The notes below the pieces were generated by a model. It saw nothing but the letters and a program-made list of their open reading frames with translations, ran no database searches and was not told the DNA's origin. 64,000 bases of DNA from a virus. How positions within the stretch are numbered: the first letter of the stretch is position 1; each line of letters opens with the position of its first letter. Shown here piece after piece: positions 1-11,177 of the stretch. The stretch is taken from positions 32,001 through 96,000 of IMG/VR virus record IMGVR_UViG_3300028920_000040; one strand, written 5' to 3'. Position numbers and translations under genes: made by a program.

Positions 1-1
1 T

Positions 2-388
2 GCATCTGATACTTCAGACACACTACATACATTTTCTGATCTTGAAACCGTTAAATCAACAGGAGAACAATTAAGTAGAAATTTAATAGAAGGAGCTGAT
101 GATTTATTTACATTGAGAAGTGCTCCAACCCCGGTTGAAGTTCGTATTGGTCAGTTTTTTTATCATACAGATATGGTAATCGAAAGTATAACATGTAACT
201 TTTCTAAACAAATGACAAAATATGGTCCTCTATGGGTAGATATAGATTTAAAATTATCAAGCAGAAGACATATTGTTAGTCTTGAAGATTTAGGATTAAA
301 ATTACCATATTCAGAAAAGAGAGTTACTTTTAAATCGGCCGAAGCGGCTATTGCACCAAGAGGCCCGACATTTAATCAAGGATTTTAA
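2..388 (+). CDS. 5'-truncated tail tube initiator/baseplate (gp48/gp54-like) protein
   Basis: Frame is open from position 2 to the TAA at 388, so the gene starts upstream of the window. The PVEVRIG..VIESITCNF pattern and its position before a gp53-like gene suggest a tube-initiator fold. Confidence 0.45.
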   Translation, partial: ASDTSDTLHTFSDLETVKSTGEQLSRNLIEGADDLFTLRSAPTPVEVRIGQFFYHTDMVIESITCNFSKQMTKYGPLWVDIDLKLSSRRHIVSLEDLGLKLPYSEKRVTFKSAEAAIAPRGPTFNQGF

Positions 389-390
389 AA

Positions 391-717
391 ATGGCACTTT
401 TTAATAGAACGCTTTTTTATGAAAAAGAAACAATAGATAATATTTTAGAAAACGATTTAGTAAGAAATCATTTTGATCTTTTTAAAATTAAAAGACCAAC
501 AACTTTTTTTACTGTTTCTAGAAGTTATATACAACGTCCCGATCTTTTATCTTTGAAATTATATGGAAATACTCAATATTGGTGGATCGTTGCTAGGTTT
601 AATCAAATAGATGACTTTTGGAACGATTTAAATGTTGGTGATGTTATAAGAGTCCCAAATAAAGAAGATATAGAAGATTGGTATTTAGAGGTTAAAGCTT
701 CTTTAAATAGGGGATAA
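391..717 (+). CDS. gp53: baseplate wedge protein, gp53-like (LysM-like)
   Basis: RPDLLSLKLYGNTQYWWIVARFN matches the gp53/tail-X LysM-like signature; baseplate context. Confidence 0.75.
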   Translation: MALFNRTLFYEKETIDNILENDLVRNHFDLFKIKRPTTFFTVSRSYIQRPDLLSLKLYGNTQYWWIVARFNQIDDFWNDLNVGDVIRVPNKEDIEDWYLEVKASLNRG

Positions 718-718
718 T

Positions 719-1924
719 ATGTCCATTGGTCAACCAGCAGGACAACAATTTTATTGTAAAGTCAGAATTAAAGATAACGATTTTCCTTCTCCTAATATAG
801 TAAGTATTAATATAAGAGAATGGGCAGTCGATATTCTTCCTCGTTTAGAACTTACTATGTATGAGGATGGTTTTCTTATTGAATCATTTCCACTAGAAGA
901 TAACGAAGAAATATTTGTGACTCTTGCCAGACAAGAAGATTCTGAAAATAGAATAGAATTGACTTTTAATTTACTTGACTATGCAGTAGCACAAGCTGGT
1001 GATGGCGATAAAGCAAAACTCGTAACAATTACAGGATATCTTAAAAATAATGGAATTTTTAAATCTAAAAGTAGAAGATTTAAAAACAATAGCTCGATTG
1101 ATATTTTTAGAAGAATTGCTAGAGAAGAAGGAATCAAATTTAAAAATCCAAGAAATGTTAAAACTAAAGATAATATGACTTGGTATCAGGCAGGACTAAC
1201 TAACTATCAATTCATTCGTCACGTTCTTCAAAGAGCCAATGTAATAAATGATATTCCTTTCTTTTATGCAAATGTTGAAAATGAGTTTGTATTTACAAGT
1301 CTCGTTAAAGAAATGAAGAAAAAAGAATCTCGTATTGCAAAATATAATGTAGATAAATCTGAATACTTAGTTGAAGATAATAATGATAAGGATAAAACTA
1401 TATACTATAATTCTTATGATATAGTTAATGCTTCAGGATATATAAACAGAAAAATTGCATATGGAGCATCATATAGTTATTACGATTTAAGAAAAAATAA
1501 TGACGGAGAATATAATGATATTGACTTGATGACACAACTATCATTTAGAAATAAAGATTTAGTTGGAAAATCATCATATGATGGAAGAGGATGTTTTGGA
1601 GCATTTAATGATAATCTTTATAGTGAAAATTTTTATAAAGCAATGGTTAGAAATTGTCTTCTTAAACAAAACTTTTTTGCTTTTTCAATATCTATTAGTG
1701 TAAATGCTATAAATGATATTCGTTTATTTGATAAAATAAATTTGTCTTTTCCAACAGTGCTTCCAAATGGAACTGTAAATAATGAAGTAATGTCAGGAGA
1801 ATATTTAGTTGGTGGAATAGTTCATAGTGTTGCTGCGGGTGGTATATATACTAAACTGGTATCATTACATAGAAACGGAATGAATAGATCATCTAGTGTT
1901 AGATTTCCAATGGTGGATAGTTAA
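719..1924 (+). CDS. baseplate hub protein (gp27/GpD-like)
   Basis: Lies between gp53-like and gp5-like genes. C-terminal MSGEYLVGGIVHSV pattern is typical of hub proteins. Confidence 0.55.
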   Translation: MSIGQPAGQQFYCKVRIKDNDFPSPNIVSINIREWAVDILPRLELTMYEDGFLIESFPLEDNEEIFVTLARQEDSENRIELTFNLLDYAVAQAGDGDKAKLVTITGYLKNNGIFKSKSRRFKNNSSIDIFRRIAREEGIKFKNPRNVKTKDNMTWYQAGLTNYQFIRHVLQRANVINDIPFFYANVENEFVFTSLVKEMKKKESRIAKYNVDKSEYLVEDNNDKDKTIYYNSYDIVNASGYINRKIAYGASYSYYDLRKNNDGEYNDIDLMTQLSFRNKDLVGKSSYDGRGCFGAFNDNLYSENFYKAMVRNCLLKQNFFAFSISISVNAINDIRLFDKINLSFPTVLPNGTVNNEVMSGEYLVGGIVHSVAAGGIYTKLVSLHRNGMNRSSSVRFPMVDS

Positions 1925-1925
1925 T

Positions 1926-2639
1926 ATGAAAGAAGAAGACCTTAATATTCGAAAAACAATTGCTCAGGATATTACAAAGACCTTAAAAAATTTTCTTGAT
2001 GAAAATCTACCTGGTTCTTATGATAATAGTTATGTTGGTAAAGTAGTCAATAATAAAGACCCAGAGAAAATAGGTCGCTGTAAGATCAGAGTTTATGGTG
2101 TGTTTGGGGATGAGGTACCAGATAGGGATTTACCTTGGGCAACACCAGACTTTACGTTCGTTGGAAGTAAAAAAGGATCGTTTATTGTACCTCCTGAAGA
2201 TACAATAGTTAAGGTTTATTTTGATAATGGAGAACTGTATCTTCCTAAGTACAGTACTAAGATCGTTGATAAGAGCAATCTTCCTAGTGAGAGATTGAAA
2301 AATTATCCTGATAATATGGTTTTCTTTGAAACAGACGAGGGAGACTTCTTTACGATAAATAGAAAGACAGGGTTTGTTAAATTTTATCATGGAAGATCAA
2401 AGAGTTTTGTGACGATTGATAAATTGGGAAATATGATAATAGACGTGGAGGGATCGCCAATAGGAACAATTACAATTAATGCAAAGACTAAAGTAGAAGT
2501 AAATTCTCCATTAGTCACTATTCCTCATACTGCATTAGGTACAGTTGTACCAGACCCAACCGGAGGTCCTTTTAATTGTCTATTACTTGATCCTGTAACT
2601 GGAGCTGTACACCAAGGAACGGATAATTTTAATACTTAA
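1926..2639 (+). CDS. gp5: baseplate central spike, gp5/VgrG OB-fold (no lysozyme domain)
   Basis: GKVVNNKDPEKIGRCKIRVYG...LPWA..GSFIVP is the gp5 N-terminal OB-fold motif. ATG at 1926 preferred over the upstream track start. Confidence 0.75.
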   Translation: MKEEDLNIRKTIAQDITKTLKNFLDENLPGSYDNSYVGKVVNNKDPEKIGRCKIRVYGVFGDEVPDRDLPWATPDFTFVGSKKGSFIVPPEDTIVKVYFDNGELYLPKYSTKIVDKSNLPSERLKNYPDNMVFFETDEGDFFTINRKTGFVKFYHGRSKSFVTIDKLGNMIIDVEGSPIGTITINAKTKVEVNSPLVTIPHTALGTVVPDPTGGPFNCLLLDPVTGAVHQGTDNFNT

Positions 2640-2641
2640 AT

Positions 2642-5600
2642 ATGGCAATTAATAGAAGAATAAACAAACAAGATATTTGGACAGTCGTACAAATTTTTAA
2701 AAGGAACTTAGTAGATCAAAGTTCCGAAAAATTTATAGGACTTGATGCAGGTAATCTTAGAAGACAAGGAGTTCCTGAACAACAAATTGTTGGTACTTCT
2801 GCCAGCTTCTTTACGCCTTATTACGAGTCTGATGGTGCATATACAAATATTGCTTCTGCCGCTCCTCTTGAAGTATTAGCCGACCAGTTATTACAAGAAT
2901 GGACAGATTATATTCTTACCTCTGCTGATCTTATTCAGATTTATGTTGTAGATAGTCAACTAGAACAACTTGCTCTTTATTCTACTTCAGGAGTTAAAAG
3001 AGGCGACTTATGCATGAGAACTGATATCAGTGCTTCTTATGTAGCATTGAATAGAAGTGCGAGTGCAATGGACGATTGGCAAATCTTTCCTCAATGGTAT
3101 CACGACGATCGTTATTATACACAAGAACAAATCGATGCAATGTTTTCATCTAGTGGTACTGGAGGAAGTTTTACATTTAGAGGATTATGGGATACTCCAT
3201 CTAGTTATAATTCTCAAGGTGGAAAAGGAGTTCGTGTTAATACTGCCGAAACAGGACTTGAGTTTTATGAAATAACCTCAGCGGCATCTACGTCTAGTGT
3301 ATCTGCATTTACACAATTAAGTGATACACCATCAAATTATTCGGGAGAAGGTGGTAAGGGAGTACGAGTTAATACTGGAGAAAATGCTCTTGAGTTTTAT
3401 GTTTTATCTGCTGGTACTACTGATGAAAAGGTTGCTGTCGATTCTGGTGCTACACCGGGATATCTTGGCGCAACTTCTGCTGATGGTGTATTGAGAACTA
3501 GCGATCCAATGACATATAATGATGGTGGTGATTATGTAACTCTTGGTGTAGATAAATCGAAAATTAATTTATCTGATCTTGGTACTTCTGCACATACTCA
3601 TGTTGAAGCTGATATTACAGACTTGACTCATTATACTACTGCCGATTGGAATACAGATTTTGGTAATGCATCATTAAGCGGAATTGGTACTTCTGCACAT
3701 ATGCATTCGACGAGTGATATTATTGGATACTCCGACTCATGGACTTCTGTTAGTGGAAATTATTATACAAAGACAAGTGCTGATAATACATTCGCACCAA
3801 TAGTACATACTCATATATTTTCTGCTTTTACTGGACTATCAGATACACCATCGAGTTATTCTGGACAGACTGGCAAAGGATTGCGTGTTAATGGTGGAGA
3901 AACGGGATTAGAATTTTATACTCCAGTTACAGATACAGATGAAAAGGTTGCTGTTGTTAGTAGTGCGACTGCTGGTTATTTAGGAAATACAAGTGCTGAT
4001 GGAGTATTAAGAACTGCGGAACCATTAACATATAATGATGGTGGAGACTATATTACTATTGGTCTTAACAAGTCTGGAATCAATCTTTCTGATCTTGGAT
4101 CGTCTGCACACACTCATAGTGCAAGTGATATAACTCAAAATGGAACCCCATATTATATTCCAAGATATGATATATCCGGAACACAATTTGAAGATAGTAG
4201 TATTTCTACAAATGCGGCCGGAAATGTGTGTATAGGAGGAATAACATATACTGATATATTAACTATAGTAGACGGTAATTATCAAGGTACAGTATATGTT
4301 ACACAACAGAATAGTGCAACATACGATACTCAAAATACTTGTACATATAGACAACAAATTTATAATGAAACTCCTGCAATGAAATCTGCAATGGAGTTGA
4401 ATTCTAGATTAAACTTTAATACGCCAGGCAATGAGAATAGTACAGTATGGATCAATGTACTTGCTGGTGGTAGCCCATTAAATATTTTACAATTAGAATA
4501 TTCAAGCGCAAAAGCATTAATTACGGCTAGTAGTTATTTGAATATTAGTTCAATTGATAACTTAATTGCGGCTTCTAATGCTTATCTTGTTTCAGATAGT
4601 GGCGAAGTTAAATATAAAACGGCTGCACAAGTATTATCGGACATAGGTGCCGCTTCAGTTTCGGCAGTTGTTAGTGGAACTGGAACAATAAATTATATAC
4701 CTAAATGGAATTCTTCTACTGGATTAACCGATAGTAATGCATATGATAGTGGTTCAAAATTTATATTTGAAGAACCAATTGGGGTTGTTTCTACAGTTCA
4801 ACCACAAATTCAGCTTATATATACGAGTGGTTCAAGATTTGCAAATCTTGGTGTAGACTCTACTGGTCTTTTAACTTTTAGTGCAGCAGGAACAAATCCA
4901 AGATTTAAGTTTGAAAATAATATTGGTATTGGTGTAACTCCAAGTAATACACATCAAATCTATACTCGTGGTGCCTCTGCTCCACAATTAAAGTTTGAAT
5001 ATGATATTAATAACTTTTTTACTGTTTCCATTTCTAGTTTAGGATTTATTACATTTGATGCCCAGGGAGCAGGAACGACTGGATTTCAATTTAGTGATCC
5101 TCTTACATTGACATCGGTAGCTAATGCTACTTCAAATACAAATAAATTTTTGGTATTAGATTCTAATATTGTTAAGTACAGAACCTCGGCAGAAATGTTG
5201 AGTGATATTGGTGCTGCTTCTGTTACTGCTTTAAGTGGAGAAGCAAATACGGCATCCAATCAGGGTGGCGCCAATGAATTATTTATTCAAAAAACTGGAG
5301 ACGATTTAGAATTTAGAACATTATCGGCCGGTCCTGGTGTGAGTATTATAAGTGGTACTAATGTATTAACTTTCTCTGCTGATGTTAGTGCTTCTGAAAT
5401 TGCTGGTACTCCAAACTACTATGCTAGGTTCAATGGTACCGGAGACAATGTTGAAGACTCAATGTTAGTAGATGATGGGTCACAAACATTATCGGCTTAT
5501 GCAAAAATAGTGTTCCCATATGGTATCATTAACGCAAAAACAAGCGATTCGTGGTTTGATATTTTTCAAAATACAGAAGACGGTTCAGATACTAAAGCAA

Positions 5601-8600
5601 CTAGAATTGGTGGCGGTGGTGATGTTTCATCCAATCGTGGGGCTTATATTGCTTTATATGGAAATGAACGAGCAACTCTTAGTGGTGATCTTCAATTAGT
5701 TCCGGGCACTGCTGGTAATATTAAAATGGAAGGCATCGATGCTGGTGATGATTCATATACAGGAATTCTTATTATTGATTCCACAACTGTCCAACGTAGA
5801 AGCACTACACAATTAGCGAGTGATATTGAAGGAAGTATTGATCATACTGCATTGAGTAATTTGAATAGTTCAAGTTATTATCATCTTACATCAGCGAATC
5901 ATAATACATTAACAAATGGTTTATTAGCTGATAGTTTACATCATCATGATGGTTTGTGGGAATCAGATAATGGTCAACAAAAAGTATATGTTACTAGTAA
6001 TGGATGGGTTGGTATTGGAGCCAATGGAATTCAAAACGCACAATTATATGTTTATAGAAATTATATTAATGCTACAACATCTTATGGAATATACGAAGAT
6101 ACCGAAATTAATATAACAGAAGATGGTACATATTATAATATTGGAATTTATACCGATCCAACAACAATAATATCGGCTGGAGTTACAGATAGTGGATATT
6201 TAATTGGTACCAGAACATATGCTTTAAGAAATAGTTCTGCTGATAATGGAACTTTAAATACTTTATATGGTTTGGAAATGGCATATGGTCATTATACTGG
6301 TGCTGGAACATCAGCCCAAACAAATACAGCATACGGAATTTATATAAGACCATTTCAAGATGCTGGAAATATTACAACAAGATATGGATTGGCAATTGAT
6401 ACACCAACTGGAAGTAATGTAGAAAACGAATGGGGAATTTATGTCGCTGATGATGCTCCAAACTATTTTGCTGGTACTATAAAAATTAATACTATTGATA
6501 GTGCAAGTGCTGATTATGATAAGATACTTGTTTCAAATGGTGGAATAATAGAATATAGAACTGGTGCAGAAGTATTAAGCGACATTGGTGCCGCTCATAC
6601 ATCTGCTCTTTATACTTCTGCTGATTGGTACACCGAATTTGGTAATGCTTCATTAAGTCAAATTGGAACATCTGCTCATACTCACGTTGAAGCAGATATA
6701 ACTGATCTTACTCATTATACTAGTGCTAATTTCTATAATGATTTAGGAACAGCATCATTAAGCGATTTGGGATCAAGTGCCCATAATCATGTAAAATCAG
6801 AAATTACAGATTTTGGAAATTATGTTTCAGCAACAGCTTTAACAGGAACACAATATCGCATACCAAGGTTCGCCACCACATCAACTTTAGAAAACTCTCC
6901 AATTTACACAGATTCTAATAACAATGCCGTTGGTATTAATGTTAATGCTCAATGGACATCATCTTATCATTGGTATCTTAATGTTGAAACGGATATGGAT
7001 GTTCCTTCGGATGATACTTTGTATGTAATAGGACAATCTGTTTCAGATGGTTCAATTTCTATTCCATCAAGTGCTACAAATTCTGGTTATTTAATGGGTG
7101 TACAGTCATCTATGTTGATAGATGATGCTGAATTTGAAGGAACAATAGGTAGTGTTTATGGAGCAAGAATTGATGCAGGAACATATACTTCGGCTGTTTC
7201 TGGCACAATTGATGGTGTTTATGGTATTAGAATAAGAATATTTAAAGGGGATAATGCAACTCATAATAGTTCATATGGAATATATCAAGAGTCAGATTAT
7301 GATAGTGTTGTAAACTATTTTGAAGATTCAATAGGAATCGGTATTATACCACAATATTCTTTAGATGTTTCAGGAACATTAATAAGATTTCAAAGATCAA
7401 CTAAAGATTTATATATTAATCCTAATTATGGTGATGCTAATAATTATGCCGCTATTTATACCAAGTCTGATGAAAACATGGCACTAAGACTTGGGGCAAC
7501 TGAAAATGTTAATCAATTAGTTCTTAATACAAATGGTAATGTTGGTGTTGGTGCTGATCCATCAACACAAGCACATTTCTATGTTGCTGATACCACATTA
7601 AATATTTCAGCCGATTATTTTCCAATTTATTTTTATCATGTAAAAACAGATGGTGCATCCGATGAAAATACAGATTTATGGGGAATAAGAAATGATTTAA
7701 GATATAATCAATCATCTGGAATACTTGGTAACACAATAGTTAATTATAATTATTTTTCACATACAAATGGAGAAATTGGAACATCAGCGGTTGCAAGATA
7801 TCTTTATGGTCTTGATTATAAAGCATCATTACTTGGAGGTATAATTCATGGTGGAGTTCAAGGTACCCGTGGTGAAATCGATCAGGGTAGTGGACATATA
7901 ATTGAATCAGATGTAAGAGCAATTGGAGCTATTGTTTATGGTGGAGGACAAATTGATAGTCATGTTTATGGTGTAAGAGCAGAAGCTAGACTAGAAGCTA
8001 CTGGTTCTTGGGGTGGTACGGCTTATGGTGCATATAATTATGTTAATTTAGATGGTGGAACTGTTGGTGGTAATGTAGTTGGAACAAAATCATATGTAAA
8101 TCAAGTATCGGGAAATGATGTTAATAATAATATTTTTGGATCAGATGTAGAATTACATCTTTCTGGTACTTCTGTTGATGTTTATGGTCATCGTGATGTA
8201 ATATCAGTATTAGATAATTGTAATATATCTGACGATGTTTATGGAAAATATACTCGTATTAATTTGGAGTCTGGTAGTACTGTAGATGGTGTATTTGGAA
8301 ATTATATATTTCTTAATCAAGATGGTGGTACGATTAATACAAACGCATATGCGTTATGGGTAGAAGCTGATATGGATGGAACCGTTGGTTCTACAACGCT
8401 TGGTCGTTTTTATGCCAATAGTAACATAGATTATGGTGTGACAGTAAGAGGCGACATTGGCACACATTTTCAGCTTGAATATGATGGCTCCAATTACATG
8501 AATATCAAAATGGCTTTTAATGGAGCTACTACTTTTGATGCTGTTGGTAATGGAGCCATATTCAACTTTTTAGATCCTTTGTTTATTGATTCTGGAATTT

Positions 8601-10681
8601 ATGTTGGTGGAGAAAATGCTTTTCCATCCTCTGCCTACGATAGTTATGCGGTGATATTAAGAACGGCAGGTGCCGGTTTGGCTCCATTCGATCAAGCAGG
8701 ATCATTAGTATATAGACCAAGATTGAGCAACACCGCAGGAAGAAGTAACCATTACTTTTATACCGGAGCAACACCGTCATTGAGGTTTGAAATCGAAGAA
8801 GACGGTGATATTGATATTTATGGAGATTCTGGGCAATATGTTTGGTTTGATTCGGGGTATGAGAGTGTTGGAATTGGAATCGCCGCACAATCTGATACAT
8901 CGTTGGATGTATATCGTAATGTAGCAACATCAGTCACTCGTGGGTATGCAAGTGAAGCGAAGGTTGAACTGAATACCGGTGCTGATGTGTCTGATAAAAT
9001 AGCGGCATTTCGTGGTATTCTCGTACTCAATGATGGAGTTGTGAACGATGATGCCTACATATATTGGGGAAATTTTGATCACAATTCTAGCGCAACAATT
9101 GTTGGTGACGCCTATTTGTCATTTTTAAAGGCAAGTCTTGATGCAGATATTGGCGGCGATTTTTATGGTAGCTATATAGATATTGATCAGGGCGCAGGAA
9201 CCGTTTCTGGTAATGCTACGGGTCTTTATGTGCGGACTGATTTTGATGGTAATATTAGTGGTACTACTCGTCTGGGTTATTTTTATGGTAATAGTAATAC
9301 AGACATTGGTTTAGAAATTCGTGGGGCTATGAACGAAGCTTCATCGCTTCGTATATCAAGAAGTGATTCAGATTATGGAGATTTATATTGTAGTTCTGAT
9401 GGTAATTTATTTATGTATTCAACTGGTGGATATAATGGAGCAGGAAACACTTCATTTACTCCAGCAGCTCCTTGGCATGTTCACAAAGTAACATCTGCCA
9501 CTTCGGCTGTTCAAGAATTACTTAGACTTAGAGCAGATAGCGCAGGAGTAGCAACATCAGGTTTTGGAGCGGCTATAGCTTTTCATCTTGATAGTCCGGC
9601 TTATGCTGACGATTTTCAAACTGGTAGAATTGAAAATGTAATGACTAGTGTTAGTGGTACCGCATATTCAATGTATTTTAAAGTTTGGAATGCTCCTAAT
9701 TTTGATACTGCACTTTCACTTTATAATCCTCAAGGAGGAGTAACACAATCTTATGGTTCTGTTGGTATAAAATCAACTCCACAAGGACAGGCAATACATA
9801 TAGAAAGATATGGTGGATCGGATAGTTGGCAACTTGGTGTTGATACAGGTGTATTTACAGCTGGCGATTTTAATTTTAGTCAAAATGGTACTGATAGAAT
9901 AATATTTAAGAAAAGTGGATCGTTACAATTAAATACAATAAGTGCGGCTACAACTGATACAGATAAATTCTTAGTTTCTGATTCTGGTATAGTTAAGTTT
10001 AGAACGGGAGCAGAAGTATTAAGTGATATTGGCGCACAAGCTTCAGATGATGATTTGACAGCTTTGGCTGGTTTAACAGGAACAGGATTTGCAGTTAGAA
10101 CAGGAACAAATACATGGAATCAAAGAACTTTACAAACATCTGGAGATGCTATTGGAATAACATATGCAGATGGTGTTGCTAGTAATCCTGTTTTCTTTTT
10201 AGATATTGGTGGTGGAAGCACTCAAGTAGCTTCTGGAGATCATAATCATAATTCTACTTATGCAAATATTAGTCATACACATTCTTTTTTATATGATAAT
10301 GGTGTTGGAACCAAATTTGCTAATGCCATTACTATACCAACTTCGGCTGAAATTGAATTAGTAGGATCATCAGCTTTAAACATACCATCAATGCAGGGAG
10401 GTGCTGGTGGTAATCCAATTAACGGTATATTAATTATTAATACAACTAATCCAACAGGAGCATCTGGTTGGTATGGTATGATAAAATGTCATGGTAATTC
10501 AAATAATAATGAAATATGGATTGACGGTGGTGGATTGGCAATTTCAGATACAGCTTTAAAATTATGCGTATATAATAAATATGCTGGTTCATATCCAACA
10601 AATTATAATACTATATATATTAAAAATAATACTGGATTAAGTGTTACACTTACGTTAATGTGGATTGGTGTAATATTTTAA
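2642..10681 (+). CDS. long tail fibre protein, 2679 aa, modular repeats
   Basis: Gly/Ser/Thr-rich. Repeated modules: DTPSxYxxxxGKGxRVNxxExxLEFY x3; DEKVAV..TSADGVLRT x2; LVxxxxxxxxxTxAxxLSDIGA x4. HxH motifs (AHTH, HNH) and GNVGVG-type motifs typical of trimeric fibres. Confidence 0.8.
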   Translation: MAINRRINKQDIWTVVQIFKRNLVDQSSEKFIGLDAGNLRRQGVPEQQIVGTSASFFTPYYESDGAYTNIASAAPLEVLADQLLQEWTDYILTSADLIQIYVVDSQLEQLALYSTSGVKRGDLCMRTDISASYVALNRSASAMDDWQIFPQWYHDDRYYTQEQIDAMFSSSGTGGSFTFRGLWDTPSSYNSQGGKGVRVNTAETGLEFYEITSAASTSSVSAFTQLSDTPSNYSGEGGKGVRVNTGENALEFYVLSAGTTDEKVAVDSGATPGYLGATSADGVLRTSDPMTYNDGGDYVTLGVDKSKINLSDLGTSAHTHVEADITDLTHYTTADWNTDFGNASLSGIGTSAHMHSTSDIIGYSDSWTSVSGNYYTKTSADNTFAPIVHTHIFSAFTGLSDTPSSYSGQTGKGLRVNGGETGLEFYTPVTDTDEKVAVVSSATAGYLGNTSADGVLRTAEPLTYNDGGDYITIGLNKSGINLSDLGSSAHTHSASDITQNGTPYYIPRYDISGTQFEDSSISTNAAGNVCIGGITYTDILTIVDGNYQGTVYVTQQNSATYDTQNTCTYRQQIYNETPAMKSAMELNSRLNFNTPGNENSTVWINVLAGGSPLNILQLEYSSAKALITASSYLNISSIDNLIAASNAYLVSDSGEVKYKTAAQVLSDIGAASVSAVVSGTGTINYIPKWNSSTGLTDSNAYDSGSKFIFEEPIGVVSTVQPQIQLIYTSGSRFANLGVDSTGLLTFSAAGTNPRFKFENNIGIGVTPSNTHQIYTRGASAPQLKFEYDINNFFTVSISSLGFITFDAQGAGTTGFQFSDPLTLTSVANATSNTNKFLVLDSNIVKYRTSAEMLSDIGAASVTALSGEANTASNQGGANELFIQKTGDDLEFRTLSAGPGVSIISGTNVLTFSADVSASEIAGTPNYYARFNGTGDNVEDSMLVDDGSQTLSAYAKIVFPYGIINAKTSDSWFDIFQNTEDGSDTKATRIGGGGDVSSNRGAYIALYGNERATLSGDLQLVPGTAGNIKMEGIDAGDDSYTGILIIDSTTVQRRSTTQLASDIEGSIDHTALSNLNSSSYYHLTSANHNTLTNGLLADSLHHHDGLWESDNGQQKVYVTSNGWVGIGANGIQNAQLYVYRNYINATTSYGIYEDTEINITEDGTYYNIGIYTDPTTIISAGVTDSGYLIGTRTYALRNSSADNGTLNTLYGLEMAYGHYTGAGTSAQTNTAYGIYIRPFQDAGNITTRYGLAIDTPTGSNVENEWGIYVADDAPNYFAGTIKINTIDSASADYDKILVSNGGIIEYRTGAEVLSDIGAAHTSALYTSADWYTEFGNASLSQIGTSAHTHVEADITDLTHYTSANFYNDLGTASLSDLGSSAHNHVKSEITDFGNYVSATALTGTQYRIPRFATTSTLENSPIYTDSNNNAVGINVNAQWTSSYHWYLNVETDMDVPSDDTLYVIGQSVSDGSISIPSSATNSGYLMGVQSSMLIDDAEFEGTIGSVYGARIDAGTYTSAVSGTIDGVYGIRIRIFKGDNATHNSSYGIYQESDYDSVVNYFEDSIGIGIIPQYSLDVSGTLIRFQRSTKDLYINPNYGDANNYAAIYTKSDENMALRLGATENVNQLVLNTNGNVGVGADPSTQAHFYVADTTLNISADYFPIYFYHVKTDGASDENTDLWGIRNDLRYNQSSGILGNTIVNYNYFSHTNGEIGTSAVARYLYGLDYKASLLGGIIHGGVQGTRGEIDQGSGHIIESDVRAIGAIVYGGGQIDSHVYGVRAEARLEATGSWGGTAYGAYNYVNLDGGTVGGNVVGTKSYVNQVSGNDVNNNIFGSDVELHLSGTSVDVYGHRDVISVLDNCNISDDVYGKYTRINLESGSTVDGVFGNYIFLNQDGGTINTNAYALWVEADMDGTVGSTTLGRFYANSNIDYGVTVRGDIGTHFQLEYDGSNYMNIKMAFNGATTFDAVGNGAIFNFLDPLFIDSGIYVGGENAFPSSAYDSYAVILRTAGAGLAPFDQAGSLVYRPRLSNTAGRSNHYFYTGATPSLRFEIEEDGDIDIYGDSGQYVWFDSGYESVGIGIAAQSDTSLDVYRNVATSVTRGYASEAKVELNTGADVSDKIAAFRGILVLNDGVVNDDAYIYWGNFDHNSSATIVGDAYLSFLKASLDADIGGDFYGSYIDIDQGAGTVSGNATGLYVRTDFDGNISGTTRLGYFYGNSNTDIGLEIRGAMNEASSLRISRSDSDYGDLYCSSDGNLFMYSTGGYNGAGNTSFTPAAPWHVHKVTSATSAVQELLRLRADSAGVATSGFGAAIAFHLDSPAYADDFQTGRIENVMTSVSGTAYSMYFKVWNAPNFDTALSLYNPQGGVTQSYGSVGIKSTPQGQAIHIERYGGSDSWQLGVDTGVFTAGDFNFSQNGTDRIIFKKSGSLQLNTISAATTDTDKFLVSDSGIVKFRTGAEVLSDIGAQASDDDLTALAGLTGTGFAVRTGTNTWNQRTLQTSGDAIGITYADGVASNPVFFLDIGGGSTQVASGDHNHNSTYANISHTHSFLYDNGVGTKFANAITIPTSAEIELVGSSALNIPSMQGGAGGNPINGILIINTTNPTGASGWYGMIKCHGNSNNNEIWIDGGGLAISDTALKLCVYNKYAGSYPTNYNTIYIKNNTGLSVTLTLMWIGVIF

Positions 10682-10682
10682 T

Positions 10683-11138
10683 ATGAAAACAATAACTATT
10701 ATAATAGAAGGAACAGAATCTTTATATCCTAAATGTAAAGATGTTATTATTATACCGGATGAAAAAGGAGCAGATTCAAAAAGAAAAGCAGTATTAAAAG
10801 ACCTTTATCTTATGGATTATCTAGCTGAACATTCTGACGTTTTATATCACGATGCAGATTGTAGAGTCTATAAAAAGATATATAAATTTCTAGAGGGTAA
10901 AAAAATAGCATGTGGGAAGACTATAAATGTATTTGATTCCTTCTTGGTATATAGTAATGATACAAGATTTTGGCAAAGACTTAAGAAAGAATATATTAAG
11001 TTTAATTATGAAATACACGGTCCTATATATGGATTTTTAAGTAAATTATTGCGTAGAAAGGATTTAGTCAAAATTCCAAAAAATATGTATAAACATAGAA
11101 TGAGAACATATAAGAGTCTAACACGAAATAAAATATAA
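10683..11138 (+). CDS. small glycosyltransferase-like protein (DxD)
   Basis: VLYHDADC resembles a GT-A DxD motif. Lys-rich composition differs from the flanking fibre gene. Confidence 0.4.
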   Translation: MKTITIIIEGTESLYPKCKDVIIIPDEKGADSKRKAVLKDLYLMDYLAEHSDVLYHDADCRVYKKIYKFLEGKKIACGKTINVFDSFLVYSNDTRFWQRLKKEYIKFNYEIHGPIYGFLSKLLRRKDLVKIPKNMYKHRMRTYKSLTRNKI

Positions 11139-11141
11139 ATA
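11134..11141 (+). promoter_or_regulatory. T4-type late promoter TATAAATA
   Basis: Exact TATAAATA at the gene boundary upstream of the 11178 ORF (RBS AGGAGG). Confidence 0.6.
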
Positions 11142-11177
11142 ATTAACGTATAACACTTAAGCCTCAGGAGGTTTGAT

